In this document: in pieces, positions 34,039 to 42,742 of the stretch
Position numbering within the stretch: the stretch's first letter is position 1
How the letters are laid out: every line of letters begins with the position of its first letter
NCBI GenBank assembly: GCA_963787965.1
Contig: CAWBES010000013.1
Coordinates: 2,338 to 66,337, forward strand
DNA length: 64,000 nt
Source of the DNA: an uncultured Alphaproteobacteria bacterium
GTDB taxonomy: Bacteria; Vulcanimicrobiota; Vulcanimicrobiia; Vulcanimicrobiales; Vulcanimicrobiaceae
Reading direction: 5' to 3'
Notes under the pieces: generated by a model
The model's input: the letters and a program-made list of their open reading frames with translations, nothing else
What the model was told of the DNA's origin: nothing
The model's database searches: none
Position numbers and translations under genes: made by a program

Positions 34039-35838
34039 ATGGCTGTCCCGGCGCGGTTTTCTTGCGGTGCGATCGGCAGCGCGCAGGCCGGCACGGAGGT
34101 CGAGCTGCGCGGCTGGGTCAATCGCCGGCGCGACCACGGCGGCTTGATCTTCATCGACGTGCGCGACCGCGACGGGATCTCGCAGGTCGTCTTCGACCCG
34201 GCGGCCGTCGCCGCGTTCGAGTCGGCGCAGAGCTTGCGCAACGAAGACGTCATCGCGGTGCGCGGTGCGGTGCGTGCGCGCCCGGCCGGCACCGAGAACC
34301 CGAAGATCGCGACCGGGGCGGTCGAAGTGGCTGCCGAGCGTCTCGAGGTTCTGGCGCGCTCGCAGACGCCGCCGTTCCCGGTCAACGCCGATGCGGACGT
34401 CGACGAATCGCTACGGCTGAAGTACCGTTACCTCGATTTGCGCCGGCCCCGCTTGCAGCGCAATCTGACCGTCCGTCACCGGATCGTGAAAGCGATGCGC
34501 GACTTCTTCGACGCGCGGGACTTTCTCGAGATCGAGACGCCGTGTTTGATCAAGTCGACGCCCGAAGGCGCGCGCGATTACTTGGTCCCGAGCCGTCTGA
34601 CCCCCGGCACCTTCTACGCGCTGCCGCAATCGCCGCAGTTGCTCAAACAGATCCTGATGATCGGCGGCATCGGGCGTTACATGCAGATCGCGCGCTGCTT
34701 CCGCGACGAGGATTCGCGCGCGGACCGGCAACCGGAATTCACTCAGCTCGACGTCGAGATGTCGTTCGTGGACGAAGCCGACGTGATGGCCGTGATGGAA
34801 GACTGCATCGCGTACGTGTGGAACGCCGCGCTCGGCATCGAAATTCCGCGGCCGCTGCCGCGTCTGAGCCACGCGGACGCCCTCAAACGGTACGGCAGCG
34901 ATAAGCCCGACCTGCGATTCGGGCTCGAACTCGCGGACGTCGACGCAGCGTTCGCGGGTACCGCCATCAAGTTCTTGCAAGAGCACGTGGCCAACGGCGC
35001 GAGCCGCATCGTCGCGGTACGCTACCCCGGCGGTGCCGCGCTTTCGCGCCGCGATTTCGACGCGTTGACCGAGGCCGCGAAAACGTTCGGTGCCGGCGGC
35101 CTGATTTGGGTCTCGTTCGCAACCGACGGCTGGAAGTCGTCGATCGCCAAGCTGCTCGACGACCAGACCGTGGCGGCGCTGCGCGCGCTCTCGCACGCCG
35201 AGCACGGCGATGCGATCCTACTCGTGGCCGGAACCAAGGCGCTCGCGAGCGACGTGGCCGGCAAGCTGCGGCTGCACGTCGCGGACCTGCTGGGCTTGCG
35301 CGACCCGGCCGCCTTCGCGTTCTGCTGGGTCGTCGGCTTTCCGCTCTTCGAGCGCGACGCCGACACGGGCGGCATCACGCCGACGCACCATCCGTTCACC
35401 GCGCCGGCGCCGGGGCAGGAGTCGATGCTCGAGAGCGACCCGTTCGCCATTCGCGCGCAGCACTACGATCTCGTGCTCAACGGTTTCGAGCTGGGCAGCG
35501 GCTCGATCCGCATCCACGACCCGGCGTTCCAGCACAAGATCTTCGAGATCTTCGGGCTGTCGGAAGAGGAGATCGAGGAGCGCTTCGGCTTCTTCATGGA
35601 AGCCTTGCGTTACGGTGCGCCGCCGCACGGCGGCATGGCGTGGGGCATCGACCGGCTCGCGATGCTGGCCTGCGGCGAGACGTCCATTCGCGACGTTATC
35701 GCTTTTCCGAAGAACCAGATGGCGCGCGACCTGATGATGGACGCGCCTTCGAGCGTCCCCGACAAGCTGCTGCGCGACCTCGGCCTCGCCCGCAAGACGA
35801 CGCTTCAACCGGCGAAGCCACCGCCGAGCGGACCGTAG
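34039..35838 (+). CDS. aspS: Aspartate--tRNA ligase
   Basis: VELRGWVNRRRDHGGLIFIDVRDRDG, FRDEDSRADRQPEFTQLD and the C-terminal GGMAWGIDRL...IRDVIAFPK are present. Confidence 0.95.
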   Translation: MAVPARFSCGAIGSAQAGTEVELRGWVNRRRDHGGLIFIDVRDRDGISQVVFDPAAVAAFESAQSLRNEDVIAVRGAVRARPAGTENPKIATGAVEVAAERLEVLARSQTPPFPVNADADVDESLRLKYRYLDLRRPRLQRNLTVRHRIVKAMRDFFDARDFLEIETPCLIKSTPEGARDYLVPSRLTPGTFYALPQSPQLLKQILMIGGIGRYMQIARCFRDEDSRADRQPEFTQLDVEMSFVDEADVMAVMEDCIAYVWNAALGIEIPRPLPRLSHADALKRYGSDKPDLRFGLELADVDAAFAGTAIKFLQEHVANGASRIVAVRYPGGAALSRRDFDALTEAAKTFGAGGLIWVSFATDGWKSSIAKLLDDQTVAALRALSHAEHGDAILLVAGTKALASDVAGKLRLHVADLLGLRDPAAFAFCWVVGFPLFERDADTGGITPTHHPFTAPAPGQESMLESDPFAIRAQHYDLVLNGFELGSGSIRIHDPAFQHKIFEIFGLSEEEIEERFGFFMEALRYGAPPHGGMAWGIDRLAMLACGETSIRDVIAFPKNQMARDLMMDAPSSVPDKLLRDLGLARKTTLQPAKPPPSGP

Positions 35839-35861
35839 TCGCCGCGAGCCTTCAGGGTTCG

Positions 35862-36788
35862 CTACGCCGGCCTCCAAGGGCCGGGCCATTCGACCGCGCG
35901 CGCGGCGTCGTACAACTGAAAGATCCCCACGCCGTCGAGCAGCGGCGACACCGCGTTCTCCGGAAGGGCGCGCTTCGCGCGAGATTCGTTCGTCGTGACC
36001 AGCTTATCGACGAAGGCGCGCGCGGGGAGCGAGTCGGACTTCGCCAGATTGCAGCGGTCGCAGGCCATAACTAAGTCCCACAGCGGGTCTGCCAGCAGAA
36101 AGCTCCACGGCAGCACGTGATCGACGTGCACGCGCACGAGTTCGCCGAACGGTCGGGCGCAATAGAAGCAGCAGGGCGCGTCGATGCTCGAGAGCAGACG
36201 GACGAAGCGGGTGAGCGAACGCCGTTGGGCGCCGTCGCGCCGGACCTTTTCGATGATGTACGGCGCGAGCGTATTGACTCTCTCGAGATAGCCGGCCCAC
36301 CAGTGGTTGGCCACGGTCTCGAGCGCCATCGCATTCGAAACGATGAAGGCGAGCGAGGCGTCGGACAGTTCGACGAACTCGCTGTCGTCGGCCCACGTAA
36401 AGAGCGCCGGCATGTGCGCGGGTTTGCTTCTGTGAAAGCGGCGCAGCACGTCGATCTTGAGAACCCGAACCATGCGGCGTACGAGTTCCGCCCGGGCTTC
36501 GGGAGGGAGGTCGCCGAGCCTGCGTACGCCGTGCGCCTCGGCCGCGCGGCGAATCGCTCTGAGGACTTCGGGTTCCTTACTGACGACGGCGGCTTGGCGC
36601 AGATGGAAGACGACGGTCTGGTTCCAGTAGAGCGATACGAACTGCTCGCCGATATCGGCCAGCGGTATGCGCGTCCGGCGATCGCGCGCGGCGATTCGCG
36701 CGATCGACTTGAGCAGCGCCGGCTTATACGTCGTAGACCAGGAGGCGTCCCGGGCGAGCACGATGATGTCGCGCAGGTCGAACATCAC
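35862..36788 (-). CDS. HNH endonuclease with uncharacterised ~200-aa N-terminal domain
   Basis: The C-terminus has CCFYCARP...VHVDHVLPWSF...MACDRCNLAKSD (CX2C...HxDH...CX2CN beta-beta-alpha-Me finger). I cannot assign the N-terminal part (WSTTYKPALLKSIARI...) to a family. Confidence 0.75.
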   Translation of the reverse strand: MMFDLRDIIVLARDASWSTTYKPALLKSIARIAARDRRTRIPLADIGEQFVSLYWNQTVVFHLRQAAVVSKEPEVLRAIRRAAEAHGVRRLGDLPPEARAELVRRMVRVLKIDVLRRFHRSKPAHMPALFTWADDSEFVELSDASLAFIVSNAMALETVANHWWAGYLERVNTLAPYIIEKVRRDGAQRRSLTRFVRLLSSIDAPCCFYCARPFGELVRVHVDHVLPWSFLLADPLWDLVMACDRCNLAKSDSLPARAFVDKLVTTNESRAKRALPENAVSPLLDGVGIFQLYDAARAVEWPGPWRPA

Positions 36789-36818
36789 CGTACCGCGCCC
36801 GGGCGCGAGCCGTTTCGG

Positions 36819-38222
36819 CTAGATGTGCACTCCGAGACCGACGAACGGCGACGTGACGCTGCCGTCCGACGGGGCGTTCGATTTCGCGCTGTAGTGCTGG
36901 CCCTCGTAGCCGAAGTCGACGTAGAGCGGCGTGTTCCCGATGTCGTAGGTTCCACCGACTTCGTACTTGAGCGCTGCGTACTGCAGCGTCGCGGTCGAGC
37001 CGGAGTATGGTCCGAGATAGATCGAGTTCGGATACGTGTAGTTTCCGCTGATCGTCGGGTAGTACCAGAAGTTCGCGTAAACGGAGAAGGTCTTGTCGAG
37101 ATCGGGCAGCTTCTCGATACCGAAGCCGACGCCGGACAGGTTCGGATAGCCGAGATACTTCTCTTGTTTGAAGAAGCCGCCGACGCCGATGTAGACGCGC
37201 GGGTTGAGGACCTTCAGCCCGAAGCGCACGTCGACGTTGCTCTCGTTCGCGGTGAACGAGGGGACGTAGGCCTGCCCGAGGCCGTTGTAGTTCTGGATGG
37301 TCTGGTAGCCGACCGTCGTGACGCAGCCGGGATCCGGCGCCGGGCAGACGCCGTACTGATAGACGGGGTCGTTACCGATGACCGTCGAGCAACCCGGCGT
37401 GCCGGCCCGGCAACCCGAGTAGCCGAGGTTCGACGGGTGGTTGTATTTCAGGTTCTGGTAGTTGCCTTCCAGGAACCAGCGCTCTCCGATGAACGGAAAC
37501 TCGACCGCGCCCTTGACCGTGTACGAGCCGATGCCGTGTTGTCCGGGCGACAGTTCGTTGTAGACGACAGGATTGAGGGCGTAGTCGCCGGCCAGGAACT
37601 TCTCGTAGGCTTGGGTGGGTACCGGGCTCGGCGTCGGGGTCGGTGCCGGAGTCGGCGCGACGGTCGGCGCCGGCGTCGGTGCCTCGGTGGGAGCCGGAGT
37701 CGGCGCCGGCGGCGGGTTGTAGCGCACGACCACCAAGTGTCTGTCGGCGACCCACAGGACGTACGCACCCATCCCTTCGGAGATGACGCGCAGCGGCACG
37801 ACGACGGCGCCCTTATAGATCTCGGGCGGAACGTCGAGCGGACGCTCTTCGCCGTTGATCGAGACGACCGGTTTGCCGACCGTGACTTTCACGTCGGCGC
37901 CGGGCTTCGAGACGTCGACGCTCTTGGTCGCCGGGTCGTAACTGACCGTCGCTCCCGTTTGCTCGAACAGCGAGCGCAAGGGCACGAGGATCGTGCCGTC
38001 CTTGACCAGGGCCGCCAGTACGCGGCCGGCCTTGAGCCGGTCGGGCGTCGAGTAGACGTGGTGGTCGTTGAAAAGGATGGGCACCTCGCCCGAGGGAGGC
38101 GTCCCGAAGTCCGCTGCCGGTGAGGCCGCGGCCTGGGCCAGCGCCGCGCCGGCGGACCCCAGAATCGCGGCAGAGGCAAAGGCGGATATCAACCATAGCC
38201 GCACGGATGAGAGACGATTCAC
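36819..38222 (-). CDS. Secreted protein: copper-amine-oxidase-N-like domain + Pro/Thr linker + beta-rich (porin-like) C-terminal domain
   Basis: A signal peptide ends in ALAQA. ILVPLRSLFEQTGATVSYD...AVVVPLRVISEGMGAYVLW shows the two halves of a CuAO-N-type fold. A PAPTPAPTEAPTPAPTVAPTPAPTPTPSP linker follows. The ~260-aa Gly/Tyr/Asn-rich C-terminus shows alternating hydrophobicity. Confidence 0.6.
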   Translation of the reverse strand: MNRLSSVRLWLISAFASAAILGSAGAALAQAAASPAADFGTPPSGEVPILFNDHHVYSTPDRLKAGRVLAALVKDGTILVPLRSLFEQTGATVSYDPATKSVDVSKPGADVKVTVGKPVVSINGEERPLDVPPEIYKGAVVVPLRVISEGMGAYVLWVADRHLVVVRYNPPPAPTPAPTEAPTPAPTVAPTPAPTPTPSPVPTQAYEKFLAGDYALNPVVYNELSPGQHGIGSYTVKGAVEFPFIGERWFLEGNYQNLKYNHPSNLGYSGCRAGTPGCSTVIGNDPVYQYGVCPAPDPGCVTTVGYQTIQNYNGLGQAYVPSFTANESNVDVRFGLKVLNPRVYIGVGGFFKQEKYLGYPNLSGVGFGIEKLPDLDKTFSVYANFWYYPTISGNYTYPNSIYLGPYSGSTATLQYAALKYEVGGTYDIGNTPLYVDFGYEGQHYSAKSNAPSDGSVTSPFVGLGVHI

Positions 38223-38384
38223 TGTGAATCTCCTTCGGCGTCGGATACCATACGAGTTCGACCACCCCCGGTGGTTTGACTAAGCGACCTTGCATCGGGA
38301 CGGTTCTCGAACCTTTCGCTCGGAGGCCTTATTGGGCCGGAAGTGTAGGCGGAAGCCCGGTATAGGCCGTTGCCGCCCGCCCGG

Positions 38385-39098
38385 CTATTCCGAACAGCCC
38401 CGGAGCAGCGCGCGGGCCCGGGTGAAGATCGCGTCGAGCATCGGTTCGGTGAGGACGCCGGTATTCGTATTCTGGCGGCTCGGGTGGTAGGACGCGAGCA
38501 GGATCGCGGCTTCCCGGCCCGGCCGTTCGAAGCGGGTTTCGGCCCCGTGTCCGAAGGCGGCACGCGCGGCGGCCGCGTAGCCGGCGGCGACCAGCGCCGC
38601 CGCCGCCGCGCGCGTGCCGATCGCGCCGAGACCGACGACGACCCGCAACGCCGCCAGCGCCTCGACTTCCGCCAGCAGATACGGAAAGCAGCGCTCGAGC
38701 TCGGCCGGCGAGGGCTTGTTGCCGGGCGGCGCGCAGCGGACGGCCGCAGTGATCATCGCGTCGTGCAGCCTGAGCCCGTCGCTGCGGTCGCGCTGTTCCG
38801 ACTGGTTCGCGAAGCCCGCGCGAAAGAGGGCGCGGTAGAGCCAGACGCCGGACGCGTCGCCGGTGAACATGCGTCCCGTCCGGTTGGAACCGTGGGCGCC
38901 CGGCGCGAGCCCGACCAGCAGCACGCGGGCGGCCGGGTCGCCGAACGCGGGAACGGGCTTTCCCCAATAGGCTTCGTCGCGGTACGCCTTGCGCTTCACC
39001 CGGGCTACTTCCGCGCAGTACGCGCGAAGCTCGGGGCACCGTTCGCACGCGACGACGCGGCGTTCGATCCGTTCGATTCCGTTCGGCGCGGGCATCAT
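38385..39098 (-). CDS. Uracil-DNA glycosylase, family 5 (UdgB)-like
   Basis: The ATGATG start at 39098 opens MMPAPNG. C.RC......C cluster Cys residues, LLVGLAPGAHGSNRTGRMFTGD and the C-terminal LASYHPSRQN are present. Confidence 0.8.
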   Translation of the reverse strand: MMPAPNGIERIERRVVACERCPELRAYCAEVARVKRKAYRDEAYWGKPVPAFGDPAARVLLVGLAPGAHGSNRTGRMFTGDASGVWLYRALFRAGFANQSEQRDRSDGLRLHDAMITAAVRCAPPGNKPSPAELERCFPYLLAEVEALAALRVVVGLGAIGTRAAAAALVAAGYAAAARAAFGHGAETRFERPGREAAILLASYHPSRQNTNTGVLTEPMLDAIFTRARALLRGCSE

Positions 39099-39553
39099 GC
39101 CAGCCCCGGAAACCGCAGGCGCTCGAGGGCGGCGTACGCGACCACGCCCGCGGCGGTCGAAACGTTCAAGCTTCGCACGGCACTCCCGCGCATCGGTATG
39201 CGAAGCGTGCGCGTGGGATGGGCCGCGAGCAAGGCCGCCGGTAAACCTGCGGTTTCCTTGCCGAAGACCAGCGCGTCGCCGAATGCGAAATCCGCTTCCG
39301 CGTACGCGCGCGGCGCGCGCGTGGAGAACAGCCACATCGGGCGATGCCACGTCGCGAGGAATTCGGCTAGCGACGGGTGCAGCGTCAGCGCGACCGCATC
39401 CCAATAGTCCAGTCCGGCGCGCTTGAGTTCGCGATCGCCGATCGAAAAGCCGAGCGGCTCGACCAGGTGCAGCGCGCAACCCGTTGCGGCGCAGAGACGC
39501 GCGACGTTGCCGGTGTTGGGCGGGATCTGCGGCTCGACCAGCACGACGTGCAA
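39095..39553 (-). CDS. trmL: tRNA (cytidine/uridine-2'-O)-methyltransferase TrmL (SpoU family)
   Basis: HVVLVEPQIPPNTGNVARLCAATG, FGKETAGLP and RSLNVSTAAGVVAYEAL-type motifs are present. There is a 4-nt overlap with the UDG gene. Confidence 0.85.
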   Translation of the reverse strand: MHVVLVEPQIPPNTGNVARLCAATGCALHLVEPLGFSIGDRELKRAGLDYWDAVALTLHPSLAEFLATWHRPMWLFSTRAPRAYAEADFAFGDALVFGKETAGLPAALLAAHPTRTLRIPMRGSAVRSLNVSTAAGVVAYAALERLRFPGLA

Positions 39554-39614
39554 CGGCGCGTCGGCCGGCGCGTCGCTGCTTACCCGCTCCGCGGGCTGCG
39601 CCGGCGTTGCGAAC

Positions 39615-40196
39615 CTACGCCTTCGGCGGGTGGTAGCGCAGAACTTTGGAGAGGTCCTTGCCGCGGATGATGCCCGCGCTGTGATAGGTCAGGCCCCACG
39701 CGTCGATCGACGAGAGGTCCGGAAAGATGCACGCGTCGAGGACTTCGTCGACCGATCCCTTGAGCACCCAGCCGCCGCCGGCCGCATTGATTCCGCCGAA
39801 AAGATCCGTTCCCCCGAGTTGCGAGCAGTAGCAGGATGCGGGGTTGCCGTTGCAGCCGGGGTTTAACTTCACCTTCGAGTAATACGCCAGCGCTGCCAGC
39901 GTCGGCAAGGGCGAAAACAGCGTCGACGTGAGCACGTAGATGCGCGACCTCTTGTCGCTGCTCTGGAAACGGCAGAACGCCGCGCGCCCGTCCAGCAGCA
40001 GCGGGTTCGGGTTATTGGTTCCGAAGAAGGCCGCTCGAACTTCGACCACGCCGCCCGAACTGACGCAATACTGCGCGGCCGTCGTCGCGGTCGCGTCGTC
40101 GGAGGCGCGCGCCGCGGGAGCCCCGAGCGTTGCCGCAAACAACAGGCCGGCCGCAACCGCGACGGAAAGGAAACGCGGAACGTAGGTTCTTTTCAT
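39615..40196 (-). CDS. Secreted protein with two DUF333-like domains
   Basis: ATG 40196 opens MKRTYVPRFLSVAVAAGLLFA (signal). There are two copies of the C...GG....C.F pattern (AAQYCVSSGGVVEV...AFCRF and NPASCYCSQLGGTDL...ACIFPDLSSIDAW). Confidence 0.55.
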   Translation of the reverse strand: MKRTYVPRFLSVAVAAGLLFAATLGAPAARASDDATATTAAQYCVSSGGVVEVRAAFFGTNNPNPLLLDGRAAFCRFQSSDKRSRIYVLTSTLFSPLPTLAALAYYSKVKLNPGCNGNPASCYCSQLGGTDLFGGINAAGGGWVLKGSVDEVLDACIFPDLSSIDAWGLTYHSAGIIRGKDLSKVLRYHPPKA

Positions 40197-40242
40197 GGCC
40201 GACGCGTTGCCGACCGGCCCGTAACGTTCCTTTCGCGGGACG

Positions 40243-41124
40243 CTAGGCATTGGCCAGGCGCAGGAGCGTGCCGGCCAGCGGTGCCGGAACGGCCGTGAAC
40301 GCGACGCCCCCGTGATCGAGCCAGGCGCGCTCGAACGCTCCGCGCGGATAGACGGCGGCGACGTCCGGATGCGCCGGGTCGTTGACCAGCGCGTCGCCGT
40401 TCTCGTCGATCCCGCGCAGGACCACGAGATGGCCGTCGCTCGCGGGCAGGGGCGCCCCCGGCAACGTGGCGGCGGTCCACGCGATCGAGAGCGCGAGCGG
40501 GATGTCGTCGGCCAGAAACGCGTGCGCGTGCGCGAGATCGCGCAGATGAAGGACGGCGGCTCGGAACCCGAGCGACCCCGCGAACGCGGCGTTCAGCGTC
40601 CAGTTTCCCGTGCCGCCGTAACGCGCGTCGTAGACTTCGCGGGCGACGTCCGCCACGCCGACCGGGTGGGAGCGGTACGCCAGCAGCATGGCGAGCGAGG
40701 CGGGCGCGCACCAGCCGCGTTCCAGCGGCTGGGCGGAATGGTACTGCGAGAACGGGGGCACGTCGAGCGCGACGGCCGGGAGCGCCACGATGGACGACGG
40801 CGCGCCGTAGTCCGGCGTGCTGACGAACAGCGCATCGAGCGGTCCCCGCGACCGCACGCTCAGCGTCACGATGTCGACCGTGGCGCGCACGACGTCGGTA
40901 TCGATGCGGACGAATGTGTCCGCCCCCGCGAGCGACGCGCGCCTTTCAGGAGAAAACGCCACGTAGGGCAGCCAGGCCGACGTGCGGCCGTCGTGGGCGT
41001 TCGCGCGGACCTCGAGGGCCCCGCCCGGCGCGCGTGTATTCCACGACACGATCGCTTCGCGCGTCGGACCGAGGCGAACGAGGACTTCTTCCCCGGCCTC
41101 GGGTTCGCACACCAACGTCAACAT
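40243..41124 (-). CDS. Peptidase C39-like (C39_2/BtrH-like) cysteine-peptidase-fold protein, cytoplasmic
   Basis: ATG 41124 opens the gene. PFSQYHS...GWCAPASLAMLLAY (catalytic Cys context), GNWTLNAAFA and DGHLVVLRG are present. There is no signal peptide. Confidence 0.6.
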   Translation of the reverse strand: MLTLVCEPEAGEEVLVRLGPTREAIVSWNTRAPGGALEVRANAHDGRTSAWLPYVAFSPERRASLAGADTFVRIDTDVVRATVDIVTLSVRSRGPLDALFVSTPDYGAPSSIVALPAVALDVPPFSQYHSAQPLERGWCAPASLAMLLAYRSHPVGVADVAREVYDARYGGTGNWTLNAAFAGSLGFRAAVLHLRDLAHAHAFLADDIPLALSIAWTAATLPGAPLPASDGHLVVLRGIDENGDALVNDPAHPDVAAVYPRGAFERAWLDHGGVAFTAVPAPLAGTLLRLANA

Positions 41125-41128
41125 CTTC

Positions 41129-42742
41129 TCAGAGCTTCCATTCCCACGAATTCCAGTTGTCGGTGATGTACTCGGCGGGACGGTATCCCTGCAACTCGTC
41201 GTCGTACGCGGCCACCGCGGTTTCCCAGTACAAGAACACAGCCGGCACGAGTTCGTGGATCCGCGTTTCCTCCCGTTGGTACAGTGCTTTCCGTTTCGCG
41301 CGGTCGAAGGTGCGAAGCGCTGCGTCCGACAGTTCCGTGATCTCGGCGTCGCGCAAGAAGCTCGTATTCGCACCGCGCGGCGGAATGAAGTCGGCGCTCC
41401 AGTTGCCTTGGTTGTCGGGGTCGGGGGCGTTGGTGTCGATCGACCATTCGAGATCGTACCGGCCGGTGTAGAGCGGACCGTTCTGCGCGAACAGCAAGCT
41501 GGCCGGATAGTTCTTGATCGTCAGCTCGATGCCCGCCGCGCTCAGCGCCTGCTGCATCTGCACTTCGGCCTGTTCGTTACCGGGTTTGTTGGTGGCGGAG
41601 ATCGTGAAGCGCAGCGCCGTCGCGCCGTTCGTGCGCACGCCGCCGGGACCGGCCTTGTAGCCCGCGGCGTCGAGCAGGCGGCGCGCGTCCGCCTCGTCGT
41701 GCGGATAGAACGGCACGTCGGGCGCCGCCCAGGAATCGGGCGGGATGTCGCTGCGAGCGCGCAGATTGAGTCCGTGGTAGACCGTCGCGTTCATCCGGTC
41801 CCAGTCGATGGCTTCCGCGATCGCGCGCCGCACCCGGACGTCGCGCAGGCCCGGGCGGCTCGTGTTGATCGCTAGCCGTCGCCAATTCGCCGAGAGGTGC
41901 TTGACGATCCGCAAGCCCGCCACCCCTTCGAGCCGCTCGACGAAAGCGTCGCCTACGTTCGGCAGCAGGTCGATCTCGTGCGTGCGCAGCTGCGCGGCCA
42001 GCGTATCGGGGCTCGGCACGATCTTCCACGTTAGCGATGTCAGCTTGGGAGGGCCGCGCCAGTAGCGGGGATTCGGGGCGAACTCGAGCGACGACCCGCG
42101 ATTCCACGCCGTCAGCAGCCAGGGGCCGCTGGAGATGGGGTGCGCGTTGAAGGCCGCGGCGTTGAGGTCCGGCAGCTTGCCCAGCAGATGCTCGGGAAGC
42201 GGCGGGTACGCGCTTCCGCCGCCGCCGCCGAAGATGCCCAGGACGTCGGCGTTGGGGCGCTTGAGGCGGATGACGGCGGTCGCGTCGTCCGGAACGTCGA
42301 TGGCCGCGATGTCGTCCCAGCCGAAACGGGTCTTGGTATCGTTGCGGTCGCTCGTGACCGCGCGCCACGTGAAACGCAGGTCGCGCGGCGTTAGCGGTTC
42401 TCCATCCGACCAGGTCACGCCGCGCCGCCAGTGCAGCACGATCGTTTTGGAGTCCCTGGAGATCCCGCCGTTCGCGTACGTGGGCACGACCGTCGCGAGT
42501 TCGGGCACGAACTCGCCGTGAGGGTCGTAGCGGAAGACGGGCGCGAAGATCAGAGCGTCGATCTGGTCGGTCGCGTCCGTGTGCGCGAACATCGGGTTGA
42601 GATTATCGGGTTCGTCGGGACTGCCGATTCGCAGGCGGCCGGGCTGCGTCCACGGGTGGCGGCCGGTGCCGGAGCCGTCGTCGACGCGCGTGCAGGCGCC
42701 GAGCGCGAGAACCGCGATCGCGAGCAGCGCGACGAGCTTCAC
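41129..42742 (-). CDS. ABC-type peptide/nickel substrate-binding lipoprotein (family 5), no cognate permease/ATPase nearby
   Basis: It has the lipobox LALGAC. RIGSPDEPDNLNPMF and the overall length and composition fit OppA/DppA-type binding proteins. There is a GTGA overlap with the DUF1611 gene. Confidence 0.85.
   Translation of the reverse strand: MKLVALLAIAVLALGACTRVDDGSGTGRHPWTQPGRLRIGSPDEPDNLNPMFAHTDATDQIDALIFAPVFRYDPHGEFVPELATVVPTYANGGISRDSKTIVLHWRRGVTWSDGEPLTPRDLRFTWRAVTSDRNDTKTRFGWDDIAAIDVPDDATAVIRLKRPNADVLGIFGGGGGSAYPPLPEHLLGKLPDLNAAAFNAHPISSGPWLLTAWNRGSSLEFAPNPRYWRGPPKLTSLTWKIVPSPDTLAAQLRTHEIDLLPNVGDAFVERLEGVAGLRIVKHLSANWRRLAINTSRPGLRDVRVRRAIAEAIDWDRMNATVYHGLNLRARSDIPPDSWAAPDVPFYPHDEADARRLLDAAGYKAGPGGVRTNGATALRFTISATNKPGNEQAEVQMQQALSAAGIELTIKNYPASLLFAQNGPLYTGRYDLEWSIDTNAPDPDNQGNWSADFIPPRGANTSFLRDAEITELSDAALRTFDRAKRKALYQREETRIHELVPAVFLYWETAVAAYDDELQGYRPAEYITDNWNSWEWKL

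Noticed and set aside
37614-37718. Short GC-rich tandem repetition (GGCGCCGG/GTCGG-type units) that at DNA level could be mistaken for a repeat array.
   Set aside because: It lies inside a well-supported CDS and simply encodes the (P-A/T-P-T)n linker of the OM protein. It has no spacer-repeat periodicity typical of CRISPR.
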